Assembly: GCA_963827475.1 (NCBI GenBank)
Contig: CAWHAZ010000003.1
Coordinates: 32,001-96,000 of the forward strand
Direction: 5' to 3'
DNA from: an uncultured Chloroflexia bacterium
GTDB lineage: Bacteria > Chloroflexota > Limnocylindria > QHBO01
Length of the DNA: 64,000 nucleotides
The notes below the pieces were generated by a model. That model had not been told where the DNA came from. It searched no databases and saw only the letters and a program-made list of their open reading frames with translations. This document shows, piece after piece, positions 20,132-29,706 of the stretch. Positions within the stretch are counted from its first letter, which is position 1. Every line of letters begins with the position of its first letter. A program made the translations under genes and the position numbers.

Positions 20132-21768
20132 GGCCGGTGCTCGCCCCACGTCGCCCGCAGGGAATCGGCGATCTCACCCAGCGTAACGTCCGCCTCGACG
20201 CAGGCCCGGATGCGTGGCAGGAGGTTCTCCGTCCCGCGGGCCGCGATGCCGAGCGCCTCGAGTGCCGCGGCGGCCGCCGCCGGATCGCGCGCCGCGCGGA
20301 GCGCTGCCGTGCGCTCGGCCTGCTCCCGTTCGGCCGCCGGGTCGATGACCTGCGGCTGCGGCCGAGCGCCCTCGCCGTCCGTCCCATCGGCGGCATCGGT
20401 GAAGGCGTTGACCCCGACGACGATGGACTCACCTGCTTCGAGGGCCTGCTGGTCCGCGTACGCCGCGTCGGCGATGGCTCCCGCCTGGTAACCAGCCTCC
20501 AGGGCGGCGAGCGGGCCGCCCAGCTCGTCCAGCCGCGCCAGCTCGGCCGTGGCCCGCTCGTCGAGCGCATCGGTCAGTGACTCGACGTACCACGACCCAC
20601 CGAGCGGATCGATCGGCGCGGTCAGGCCAGACTCGTGGGCCAGGACCTGCTGCGTCCGGAGCGCCAGGCGCGCGGCCTCGGGGCTGGGCAGGCCCAGCGC
20701 CTCGTCGAGCGCATTGGTATGGAGCGACTGCGCGCCGCCGAGCACGGCGGACAGCGCCTGGACGGTGGTCCGGACGGTGTTCGTCTCCGGCTGCTGGGCG
20801 GTGAGGGTCGAGCCCGCGGTCTGGACGTGGAAGCGGAGGGTCATGCTCCGCGGATCGGTCGCGCCGTAGCGGTCACGGGCGATCCGCGCCCACAGCCGCC
20901 GGGCGGCGCGGAACTTCGCGACTTCCTCGAACAGGTCGTTGTGGGCGGCGAAGAAGAACGAGAGCCGGGGCGCGAAGTCGTCGAAGGCGAGGCCTGCCGC
21001 GATGGCCGCGTCCGCGTAGCTGATGGCATTGCCCATGGTGTAGGCCAGCTCCTGGGCCGCGGTCGCGCCGGCCTCGCGCATGTGGTAGCCGCTGATGCTG
21101 ATCGGGTTGAACCGGGGCAGGTCGGAGCGGCAATAGGCGATGAGGTCGGTCGCCAGCCGAAGGGAGGGCTGCGGCGGGAAGATATAGGTCCCGCGCGCGA
21201 CGTACTCCTTGAGGATGTCGTTCTGGACCGTGCCCCGCAGGCGGGCCGGCTCGACCCCCTGGCGGCGGCCCACCGCCTCGTACAGGGCGAGCAGGATGGC
21301 GGCGGTGGCGTTGATCGTCATCGAGGTGCTCACCTCTCCGAGGTCGATCCCGTCCAGCAGCCGCTCCATGTCGTGGACCGAGTCGATCGGGACACCGACC
21401 CGCCCGACCTCGCCCGCGACCTGGGGGTCGTCGCTGTCGTAGCCCATCTGGGTCGGCAGGTCGAACGCGACCGAGAGCCCGGTCTGGCCGCCGGCCAGCA
21501 GGTCGCGGTACCGCCGATTGGACTCCGTGGCCGAGGTGAAACCGGCGTACTGGCGCATCGTCCACGGCCGGCCGCGGTAGCCCGTGGCGTGGATGCCACG
21601 GGTGTATGGGTACGCGCCCGGCTCGCCCAGCCGATCGCCCAGCCCGACCGTCACATCGGTGGACCGATAGACGTCGCCGATCTCGATTCCCGAGCTGGTC
21701 CGCTCGTGTCGCGAGGGGCGTTCCGGGGCGTCGCCCGTGGCATCGTCCCGTTCCGGTCCCCTGGTCAC
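20128..21768 (-). CDS. Methylmalonyl-CoA mutase, substrate-binding (large) subunit
   Basis: [59 protein letters not shown]; lacks the DxHxxG B12 domain. Confidence 0.93.
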   Translation of the reverse strand: MTRGPERDDATGDAPERPSRHERTSSGIEIGDVYRSTDVTVGLGDRLGEPGAYPYTRGIHATGYRGRPWTMRQYAGFTSATESNRRYRDLLAGGQTGLSVAFDLPTQMGYDSDDPQVAGEVGRVGVPIDSVHDMERLLDGIDLGEVSTSMTINATAAILLALYEAVGRRQGVEPARLRGTVQNDILKEYVARGTYIFPPQPSLRLATDLIAYCRSDLPRFNPISISGYHMREAGATAAQELAYTMGNAISYADAAIAAGLAFDDFAPRLSFFFAAHNDLFEEVAKFRAARRLWARIARDRYGATDPRSMTLRFHVQTAGSTLTAQQPETNTVRTTVQALSAVLGGAQSLHTNALDEALGLPSPEAARLALRTQQVLAHESGLTAPIDPLGGSWYVESLTDALDERATAELARLDELGGPLAALEAGYQAGAIADAAYADQQALEAGESIVVGVNAFTDAADGTDGEGARPQPQVIDPAAEREQAERTAALRAARDPAAAAAALEALGIAARGTENLLPRIRACVEADVTLGEIADSLRATWGEHRP

Positions 21769-21778
21769 GCGGCCGATT

Positions 21779-22259
21779 CTACGGGTCCGGATCGGCGAGC
21801 CGAACGAGGAGGATGCCGGTGGTGATCGCCTGCCCGGGCGCGACCTCGATCGCGGTCACGCGCCCGTGGCGCGGGGCGCGGATCTCGTTCTGCATCTTCA
21901 TGGCCTCGATCGTCACCAGCGGATCACCGGCAGCCACCTCGTCGCCAACCGCCACGCCGACCCGGACCACGAGGCCGGGCAGGGTGGCGCGGACCTCCGC
22001 CGGCCCACCTCGACGGGCAGCCAGGCCGCCGGTCTCAGCCAGCAATCGGTCCCGGTGGCTGCGAACGGCGACGGCGATCCGCCGGCCCCGAACGGTGACC
22101 ACCCACTCCCCGCCGCCACCCTCGACCGCGACCAGCTCCCGCTCCGGACCGCGGCGAAGGAGCGCCACCCTCTCCGCGCGGTCGACCCAGACGAGCGACC
22201 AGTCATTGGCCGGGTCCACCGGCTCGCCGCCGACCAGGAGCTCGACCGTCGTCAGTCAT
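21779..22259 (-). CDS. Biotin carboxyl carrier protein
   Basis: EAMKMQNE biotinylation motif; likely ATG at 22259 is out of frame (probable indel); in-frame ORF from 22219. Confidence 0.85.
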
Positions 22260-23769
22260 CGTCAACCGCCTCGCGGCGGGCCAGTCGGCTCCACGGCCGT
22301 TCACCGTTCAGGGCGGGGCCGGCCCGGAGGCCCTCGCCCGTCGGGCGCGGCTCGGCCAGGTCCCGTCGGGCGCCGGCGACCGCGGCCGCCGCCAGCGACC
22401 GATCGCGCTCGGTCATCGGCGGACCGTCGACCCAGGTGTCGGCCACCAGCCCGGTGTCGTACCGCCCGTCCACGAACGCCGGCTGGGCGACCAGCCAGTG
22501 ATGGAAGCCGAGCGTGGTCGGCATCCCGCCGACGACGGTCTCATCGAGCGCGCGCCGCAGCCGGGCGACGGCCGCATCGCGGTCGGGGGCGTGGACCATG
22601 AGCTTGGCCAGCAGCGGGTCGTACGCTGTCGGGAGCTCGTACCCGGCTTCGACGCCGGCGTCGACCCGGATCCCGGGCCCGGCCGCCATCTGCCATGCCT
22701 CGATCGACCCCGCGCTCGGCCGGAAGCCGTCCCACGGGTCCTCGGCGTACATCCGGACCTGGATGGCGTGTCCGCGCGGAGCCGCCTCGAGGACCTCGGC
22801 CGGAAGCCGCTCCCCGGCCGCCACCCGCAGCTGCCAGACCACGATGTCAACTCCGGTGACCAGCTCGGTGACGCCGTGCTCGACCTGGAGCCGGGTATTC
22901 ATCTCCAGGAACCAGCGGTTGCCCTCCGCGTCGACGAGGAACTCGACCGTGGCCGCGTTGTGAAACCGGACTGCCTCCGCAACGCGCCGCGCGTCGTCCG
23001 CCAGCCCGGCCCGGGTCGCGGTCGACAGGTGCGGCGCCGGCGCTTCCTCGACCAGCTTCTGGTGGCGCCGTTGGATCGAGCAGTCGCGCTCGCCAAGGAC
23101 CGCGAGGTTCCCCGCCCGGTCACCGAGCAGCTGGACCTCGACGTGTCGCGCCGGGGTGATGAGCTTCTCGACGTAGACCGTGCCGTCACCGAAGGCCGCG
23201 ACCGCCTCCGCGCGCGCGGCGTCCAACGCGGCATCCAGCTCGCTCGCCTCGTCGACGCGGCGCACGCCGCGACCTCCGCCACCGGCGGCGGCCTTGACCA
23301 GCAGCGGATACCCGATGTCCTCCACCTCCGCCGGTCGCGCGGCCTCGACAGCGACCAGCAGTCCGGGTGTCACCGCGACGCCAGCATCAGCCGCGGTCCG
23401 TCGCGCGGCCAGCTTGTTGCCGAGGCCCTCCATCGTTTCGGCCGGCGGCCCGACGAACACCAGGCCGGCGGACTCGACCGCGCGGGCGAATGCCGCGCTC
23501 TCGCTGAGGAAGCCGTAGCCGGGGTGGATGGCCTCTGCCTCGCTGCGACGCGCGGCGTCGAGGATGGCGTCGCTGGACAGGTACGACTCCGCCGCCGGCG
23601 TCGGGCCGATCCACTCCGCGCGATCCATGGCGCGGACGTGCGGCGCATCGCGGTCGGCGTCGGAGTAGACCGCGACCGACTCGACGCCCAGCTCGCGGCA
23701 GGCGCGGGCGACCCGGATCGCGATTTCCCCGCGGTTCGCGACGAGGACCCGGCGAAACGGCGGCGTCAC
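22252..23769 (-). CDS. Biotin carboxylase subunit (acetyl/propionyl-CoA carboxylase)
   Basis: LVANRGEIA, IHPGYGFLSE, GGGGRG, RDCSIQRRHQK, EMNTRLQVEH. Confidence 0.95.
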   Translation of the reverse strand: MTPPFRRVLVANRGEIAIRVARACRELGVESVAVYSDADRDAPHVRAMDRAEWIGPTPAAESYLSSDAILDAARRSEAEAIHPGYGFLSESAAFARAVESAGLVFVGPPAETMEGLGNKLAARRTAADAGVAVTPGLLVAVEAARPAEVEDIGYPLLVKAAAGGGGRGVRRVDEASELDAALDAARAEAVAAFGDGTVYVEKLITPARHVEVQLLGDRAGNLAVLGERDCSIQRRHQKLVEEAPAPHLSTATRAGLADDARRVAEAVRFHNAATVEFLVDAEGNRWFLEMNTRLQVEHGVTELVTGVDIVVWQLRVAAGERLPAEVLEAAPRGHAIQVRMYAEDPWDGFRPSAGSIEAWQMAAGPGIRVDAGVEAGYELPTAYDPLLAKLMVHAPDRDAAVARLRRALDETVVGGMPTTLGFHHWLVAQPAFVDGRYDTGLVADTWVDGPPMTERDRSLAAAAVAGARRDLAEPRPTGEGLRAGPALNGERPWSRLARREAVDDD

Positions 23770-23800
23770 TGTCTTTGCGGAAAGACGGCCCGGTCGCGGG

Positions 23801-25356
23801 TCAGAGTGGGATGTTGCCGTGTTTCCGTCGCGGACCCGCCTGCCGCTTCCCATCGAGTACGGACAGCGCGCCCGCCACGCGCATCCGCGTCTCGGACGGC
23901 CGGATCACCTCGTCGATGTATCCGCGGCTGGCAGCGACGTATGGGTTCGCGAATCGCTCCTCGTATTCCGCGACCAGCGCGGCGCGCTCCGCATCCGGAT
24001 CGGTGGCGCCCGCGATCCGATCCTTGAAGACAATGTTCACCGCGCCCTCGACCCCCATCACCGCGATCTCTGCTGTCGGCCACGCGTAGTTCAAGTCGCC
24101 CCGAATGTGTTTGCTGCTCATCACGTCGTAGGCGCCGCCGTACGCCTTGCGCGTAATGACCGTCACTTTCGGCACCGTGGCTTCCGCGTAGGCGTACAGC
24201 AACTTGGCGCCGTGCCGAATGATGCCGCGATGCTCCTGGTCCACCCCCGGCAGAAAACCGGGAACGTCAACCAGGGTCAGCAATGGAACGTTGAAACAGT
24301 CGCAGGTCCGAACGAATCGCGCGGCCTTGTCGGACGCGTCAATGTCGAGGACGCCGGCCAGCACATCGGGTTGCTGCCCGACGACGCCGACGACGCGCCC
24401 TTCGATCCTGCGCGAAACCACAGATGATGTTCCTCGCGAATCCGGCATGCACCTCGAGGAACGAATCGCCATCGACGATTCCGGCGATGACCTGGTGCAT
24501 GTCATAGGACTGCTGCGCCGAATCCGGTACGAGTGCATCGAGCCCGTCGCCGGAAACCGCCGGCGAGGACCACTCGCCCAGCGCGCGCGACAGGATCCAC
24601 GTTGTTCTGTGGCAGGTAGGCAAGCAGCCGTCGCGCCAGGAGCAGCGCATCGGACTCGGATGTCGCGAGAAAGTGCGCGACACCGCTGACCTCGTTGTGA
24701 ATCCGCGCCCCGCCTAAGCCCTCGAAGTCGATGTCCTCGTGGGTCACGGTTTTCACGACCGTCGGCCCGGTGACGAACATGTAGCTCGATCCGTCGACCA
24801 TGACCGTGAAGTCGGTGATGGCCGGCGAGTAGACCGCACCACCTGCGCATGGTCCGAGAACGACCGACAGCTGCGGCACGACACCGGACGCAAGGGTGTT
24901 GCGCAGGAAGATCTCCGCGTAGCCGCCCAGCGAGTCGACCCCCTCCTGGATGCGGGCTCCGCCGGAATCGGCCAGGCCGATGATCGGCGCCCCGCTGGCG
25001 ACCGCAAGATCCATCACCTTGCAGATCTTTTCCGCATGCGCTTCCGACAGGGAGCCGCCGAACACGGTGAAATCCTGCGAGTAGACGAAGACCGTGCGCC
25101 CATCGATCGTGCCCCAACCGGTGATTACCCCGTCACCGAGATACCGCTCCCCATCAAGGCCGAACTCGGTGGTGCGGTGGGTAACGAACGCGTCGAGCTC
25201 GACGAACGACGCTTCGTCCAACAGGATCTCGAGCCGTTCGCGAGCCGTCAGCTTGCCGCGCGCATGCTGCTGCGCCATCCGCTCCTCGCCGCCACCGAGC
25301 TGGGCGTCGCGTCTCAGTTGTTCGAGGTGCTCAAGCTTGTCGGCTGTCGACACCAA
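23801..25356 (-). CDS. pccB: Propionyl-CoA carboxylase carboxyltransferase subunit, split by two frameshifts (about 24590 and 24410)
   Basis: [58 protein letters not shown] spread over three frames. Confidence 0.9.
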
Positions 25357-25372
25357 TCCTCCAGAAAGGATG

Positions 25373-25445
25373 TGGGCCCAGCAGGGATCGAACCTGCGAC
25401 CAGCCGGTTATGAGCCGGATGCTCTGACCACTGAGCTATGGGCCC
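25373..25445 (-). tRNA. tRNA-Ile2 (CAU anticodon, lysidine type)
   Basis: GGGCCCATAGCTCAGTGGTCAGAGC...CCGG-CT-CAT-AA-CCGG...GGTTCGATCC...GGGCCC-A; acceptor stem typical of Ile2; CCA not encoded. Confidence 0.9.
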
Positions 25446-25458
25446 GATGGGGCTGGGC

Positions 25459-25528
25459 GGTGGACAACTCCGAGTATAGGGGCTCGTCTTTGCACAAAGA
25501 CATCGACAGTCGGGGACGTTGTGGATAA
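25459..25528. promoter_or_regulatory. DnaA boxes between tRNA-Ile2 and parA
   Basis: Perfect TGTGGATAA (25520-25528); degenerate GGTGGACAA (25459-25467) and CTTTGCACA (25488-25496). Confidence 0.6.
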
Positions 25529-25615
25529 CCCCGGTGACCCGGGAGCCTCGCCCTGCCTATCATCGGTGACGGATCGCAACTCGCGATTTCGCAGCCCGAA
25601 ACGTATCCGCGGAAG

Positions 25616-26392
25616 GTGTTTGCCTTGACCAAAGTCATCTCCCTGGCGAATCAGAAAGGCGGCGTCGGGAAGACCACCTGCACGATCAACCTCGGTGGCG
25701 CCCTGGCCGAGCTCGGCTATCGCGTGCTCTGCATCGACATGGATCCGCAGGCCAACCTCACGGTCGGCCTCGGCATCTCGCTGCTCGACGTCCATCGGTC
25801 GATGGGAGACGTCCTGAACGAGGATCGCCTCGGTCTCGACGAGGTCATTCTCGAAACGCGGGTTGCCGGCATGTCCGTCGCGCCGGCCACCCTGGAGCTC
25901 GCCTCCACCGAGGTGGAGCTGTTCACGGCCATCGGTCGCGAGATGGTGCTCCGCGACGCGATCTCCGGATCGGCGGATCGGCGCTACGACGTGATCCTCA
26001 TCGACTGCCCGCCAACCCTGGGCCTGCTCACGATCAATGCGCTCGTCGCATCGTCCCGGGTGATCATCCCGGTCCAGACCCAGTTCTACGCGATCAAGGG
26101 CCTGACCGCCCTGATCAAGGTCATCAACACCATCCGCGTGAAGCTGAACCACGACCTCGAGATCCTCGGCCTGCTGCCGACGTTCTACGACGGTCGCACC
26201 ATCCTGGCCCGCGAAATGCTGGAGAACCTTCGCGAGCTCGGGGACCATCGAGTCTTCAACACCATGATCAAGAACACCGTGAAGCTCGGCGAGGCGCCCC
26301 TCACCGGCCGACCGGTGACCGAGTACGCGCCCAGCTCGGCAGCTGCCCATGCATTCCGCGATCTCGCCCGGGAGGTGATCGAGCTTGGCTAG
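25616..26392 (+). CDS. parA: ParA/Soj family ATPase
   Basis: ANQKGGVGKTT, DMDPQANL, IDCPPTLGLLT, EAP. Confidence 0.93.
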   Translation: MFALTKVISLANQKGGVGKTTCTINLGGALAELGYRVLCIDMDPQANLTVGLGISLLDVHRSMGDVLNEDRLGLDEVILETRVAGMSVAPATLELASTEVELFTAIGREMVLRDAISGSADRRYDVILIDCPPTLGLLTINALVASSRVIIPVQTQFYAIKGLTALIKVINTIRVKLNHDLEILGLLPTFYDGRTILAREMLENLRELGDHRVFNTMIKNTVKLGEAPLTGRPVTEYAPSSAAAHAFRDLAREVIELG

Positions 26393-27353
26393 AACACCAG
26401 TCTTCAAAGACAACATCGCCCGCCTTTTCGACGAAGCGGCCGCCACCGAGCTGACGCCCGGCATCGTCTCGCTCATCGAGTCGAAGGCGACGCGGGCCCA
26501 GATCCGGGAGATCCCGGTTGGGAAGATCCTCCCCAACCCCGCGCAGCCACGGCTGTCGTACGACGAGGCCTCGCTCAGCGAGCTGGCGGAGTCGATTCGC
26601 GAGCACGGCGTGCTGCAGGCCATCCTCGTCCGGCCGGCCGGGGCCCAGTTCGAGCTCATCGCCGGAGAGCGCCGATGGCGCGCGTCGCGGCTGGCCGGGA
26701 TGGCCACCATTCCCGCGGTCGTCCTCGAATTCGACGAGGAGACCGCGCTCGAGGTCTCGATCATCGAGAACCTCCAGCGGGAGGACGTCTCGCCGCTCGA
26801 AGAGGCGGCGATGTATCGAAAGATGCTGGCCCTCGGCTACTCCGTTCGGCAGCTGGCGGGCAAGATCGGCAAGGACAAGGGCTACGTCGAGAACCGCCTG
26901 CGCCTGACCGATGCGCCGCCGGAGGTCCGCGAGCTGGTCGCCGGCCGGAAGGACACCATCAGCCACGCCTACGAGCTGATGAAGGTGACCGACGACAAGA
27001 CCCGTCGCAAGCTCGCGAAGCGCGTGGCGGCCGGCGAGCTAACCCTCGCCAAGCTCCGGCGGCTGACCGGCACCCGGGAGCCAAAGGAGAAGGACGCCGA
27101 GGCCCGCCCGAAGCGACGGTCCCGGACCGCGGCCGGGGTGGCCGTCGCGGCCCGGAACACCGATGACGCGCTGATGGACCTCAAGGGCCGGCTGGCCACG
27201 GTGGTCGACGAGCTGGCAGATCTGCTTCGCCAGCGGGAGGTCATCGAGCAGATCCCGAACACCAACCGGGACAACCTGGCCAAGTACCTGACCATCACCA
27301 AGCTCAAGCTCGAGAACGCCATCGCCATCGTCCGCGCCTCGCGCGACGAGTAG
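26385..27353 (+). CDS. parB: ParB/Spo0J family CTPase DNA-binding protein
   Basis: PNPAQPR, HGVLQAILVR, IAGERRWRA, IENLQREDV, HTH region; overlaps parA. Confidence 0.9.
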   Translation: MARTPVFKDNIARLFDEAAATELTPGIVSLIESKATRAQIREIPVGKILPNPAQPRLSYDEASLSELAESIREHGVLQAILVRPAGAQFELIAGERRWRASRLAGMATIPAVVLEFDEETALEVSIIENLQREDVSPLEEAAMYRKMLALGYSVRQLAGKIGKDKGYVENRLRLTDAPPEVRELVAGRKDTISHAYELMKVTDDKTRRKLAKRVAAGELTLAKLRRLTGTREPKEKDAEARPKRRSRTAAGVAVAARNTDDALMDLKGRLATVVDELADLLRQREVIEQIPNTNRDNLAKYLTITKLKLENAIAIVRASRDE

Positions 27354-27386
27354 TCCCGGCCGGGCTGCCCACCCGGCCCGGGGCTA
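27351..27386. terminator. GC-rich hairpin between convergent genes
   Basis: GGCCGGG (27358-27364) pairs with CCCGGCC (27372-27378) with flanking pairing; no U-tract. Confidence 0.4.
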
Positions 27387-27740
27387 GGGGGTGTAGGACA
27401 TCACCTCGCGGTGGGCGACGAGGAAGTCGATCAGCTTGTTCCGCGCGTCCGGATCGGTCCGGCGCAGCCCGGCGACGGACTTCGGCAGCTCGAAGATCGG
27501 GGCGGCCAGCGCGCCGGCGGTGTCGATCCCGACCACGTGGTCGGGGCCTCCGCCCACCAGGAACACCCGCTGGAAGCCTCGGGCATCGAGCCCCGCGGCG
27601 TCGTTGAAGGCGGCGACCGCGGTCCCGACTCCGCGGCGCTTGGCGAAGTCGATGAACAGGTCCGCGGCCCACGTGTCGATCTGGTCATCGGCCTGGGCCG
27701 ACACCATCTCGCGGTAGGGCATCTCCTCGGTCAGGTCCAC
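27384..27740 (-). CDS. Hypothetical protein (118 aa)
   Basis: AGGAG RBS before GTG at 27740; protein-like composition. Confidence 0.7.
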   Translation of the reverse strand: MDLTEEMPYREMVSAQADDQIDTWAADLFIDFAKRRGVGTAVAAFNDAAGLDARGFQRVFLVGGGPDHVVGIDTAGALAAPIFELPKSVAGLRRTDPDARNKLIDFLVAHREVMSYTP

Positions 27741-27799
27741 GCGATCTCCTCGGTCGGTGCGGGCGGATTCTAGCCGGACGCCGCTGCTATCCTCGGCCG

Positions 27800-28354
27800 G
27801 TGCTGTCCCGCCACAGCGATCCACGCACCGAGGACATCATCACCTTCGACCTGGTCCGCGCGGGGCCCGACGGGGAGGCGGTGATCGGGTCGGCCACCTT
27901 CCAGGCCGGCCGATCGCGGGTGGATGCCCCGGAGAACGTCACCGCGGCGCTCGAAGAGCTGCTGGCCCAGCCCTTCGTCGACCGGGTCCGAGCCGATGAG
28001 CGGCCGCGTGGCTACCGTCGATCCGGGCAGGGGCAGGTCGACCTCCTCGTGCCGGGCATGGCCGAGCACTTCGTGGCCCGGATGCGTGGCCTGTGGCTGG
28101 CCTTCCCCGACCAGACCGTGGTCACCGCCCGCGAGGGCCGCGTCCAGCAGTCCGCTCCCCCACCGTCGTCCCTGCCCGAGGCCGCCGAGGCAGGCCCGCC
28201 CGTCGTCGACCCCGCCGTCCGCCGCTCCACCCTGGAACGCGCCGACAACGCGGTCAGCGCCCGGGCTCTGGTCCGCGCCGCGGACCCCGACGCCGGGACG
28301 CGACCGACCGGCTCGGTGGCGGTTCGACGGACCGACTGCGGCTGGATCGTGTGA
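27800..28354 (+). CDS. Hypothetical protein
   Basis: Fills the gap; globular N-terminal part, Pro-rich linker, C-terminus DCGWIV. Confidence 0.6.
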   Translation: MLSRHSDPRTEDIITFDLVRAGPDGEAVIGSATFQAGRSRVDAPENVTAALEELLAQPFVDRVRADERPRGYRRSGQGQVDLLVPGMAEHFVARMRGLWLAFPDQTVVTAREGRVQQSAPPPSSLPEAAEAGPPVVDPAVRRSTLERADNAVSARALVRAADPDAGTRPTGSVAVRRTDCGWIV

Positions 28355-28381
28355 GCGGCCCATCGGTATGATGGCGACGCG

Positions 28382-28597
28382 ATGAGGCTGGCCCGCTACC
28401 TGTTCTTCCCGGCGCTGGTGTTCATCACCGCGGCGGTGTACTACACGTTCAGCCAGCCGCAGGACCTGGCCGGCGCAACGATGCTCGTGTTCTTCGGTGG
28501 CGCCATGACCTTCTTCATGTGGGTCCTCGTTCCGACCTTCGACCACGAGGGCAACACCGCTCCGATCGACCCGGACTTCGAGCTGCCCGAGGATTGA
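28382..28597 (+). CDS. Small two-TM membrane protein, resembling the N-half of actinobacterial CtaF
   Basis: Two hydrophobic helices joined by QPQDLAGATML; family resemblance from memory only. Confidence 0.55.
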   Translation: MRLARYLFFPALVFITAAVYYTFSQPQDLAGATMLVFFGGAMTFFMWVLVPTFDHEGNTAPIDPDFELPED

Positions 28598-28614
28598 GCG
28601 GCGGCCAGCCGCCC

Positions 28615-29535
28615 TCACCAGGGCAGGAGCTGGCGCATGGCGAACCACAGGTTGGCCGGCCGCTCGGCGAGGCGCCGCACGTACCACGGGTACCAATAGT
28701 CGCCATACGCGATGAGCACCCGCACCCGGAAGCCCTCGGCGCGGAGCCGGCGCTGCTGGTCGACCCGGATGCCGTACAGCATCTGGACCTCGAAGGCGTC
28801 TCGACCGATACCGGCCGCCGCGGCGACGCCGGCGATCTCGTGGACGAGGCCGACGTCGTGGGTGCCGAGGCCGAGGCGCAGACGACCGGCGGCCACCTCC
28901 GGCAGCATGGACACCGCCAGGTCCCGATAGGCGGTGTCGACGTCCCGCTTGTCCCGGAAGGCGACGGCGGACGGTTCGTCGTAGGCGCCCTTCACCAGGC
29001 GGACCGATGCGCCGAGCGGGCGGAGCCGCTCGACGTCGGCGGGCGTTCGCCGCAGGTACGCCTGGAGGCAGAGGCCGACCCCGGGCTGAGCCTCGAGCAG
29101 CCGGACGTAGAGGTCCACGGTCCGATCGACGTAGGAGCTGTCCTCCATGTCGACCCACAGGTGGCTGCCGATCGCGTCCGCGTGCCGGGCGAGCGCCAGG
29201 CCGTGGTGGAACGTGACCTCCGGATCGAGGTCGAGACCGAGCTGGGTGAGCTTGGGCGAGACCTCCGGATGGAGCCCCCACCGCGCGAATCGGCCCATCA
29301 GCTCGTGGTAGTGCGCCGCCACCTCGTCGGCCTGGGCCAGCTCGGTCAGGTTCTCACCCAGACGGGTGAAGAGGGACGGGAGCCCGGCCGCCTGCAGGGT
29401 GCCGGCAGCCCGGAGCGCATCGTCCATCGTCTCGCCGGGCATGAACCGGCGAACGGCGCGTTGGGCTCCGGGCAGGCGCGGGACGTGGGTGCGGAGCCAC
29501 TGGTTGCGGGCACACCACAGCAGGAATTGGCGCAC
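28615..29535 (-). CDS. Monofunctional proline dehydrogenase
   Basis: RRFMPGET, LGEN, KLTQLGL, VDMEDS, LQAYLRRT, RLVKGAYDE, THD, FEVQMLYGIR, YVRRLAERPAN. Confidence 0.93.
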   Translation of the reverse strand: MRQFLLWCARNQWLRTHVPRLPGAQRAVRRFMPGETMDDALRAAGTLQAAGLPSLFTRLGENLTELAQADEVAAHYHELMGRFARWGLHPEVSPKLTQLGLDLDPEVTFHHGLALARHADAIGSHLWVDMEDSSYVDRTVDLYVRLLEAQPGVGLCLQAYLRRTPADVERLRPLGASVRLVKGAYDEPSAVAFRDKRDVDTAYRDLAVSMLPEVAAGRLRLGLGTHDVGLVHEIAGVAAAAGIGRDAFEVQMLYGIRVDQQRRLRAEGFRVRVLIAYGDYWYPWYVRRLAERPANLWFAMRQLLPW

Positions 29536-29614
29536 GGCCCCGCGATGGTACCCGCCGACCCCGCCGGCCTCGATGCTCCTTCGCCCTACCGGCCGGCAGC
29601 GCACCGATTCTGCC

Positions 29615-29640
29615 GGATATCGAGATCGAATCTCATATCC
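29615..29640. promoter_or_regulatory. AT-rich imperfect palindrome (candidate operator)
   Basis: GGATAT-c-GAGAT-cga-ATCTC-ATATCC in a divergent intergenic region. Confidence 0.5.
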
Positions 29641-29706
29641 TTGTCGCAGCACGCCCGAGCACTCCCTCCGCTCCTGCACAATGCGACCGTGTCTCCATCC
29701 CGGACG

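Noticed and set aside
25373-25445. tRNA-Met (CAT anticodon)
   Set aside because: Paired G1-C72 GGGCCC acceptor stem and no triple G-C anticodon stem; fits Ile2 better than initiator Met, though elongator Met is not fully excluded
25446-25615. Chromosomal replication origin
   Set aside because: Only one perfect DnaA box in 170 bp, no AT-rich unwinding element and no dnaA nearby; a regulatory role is more plausible
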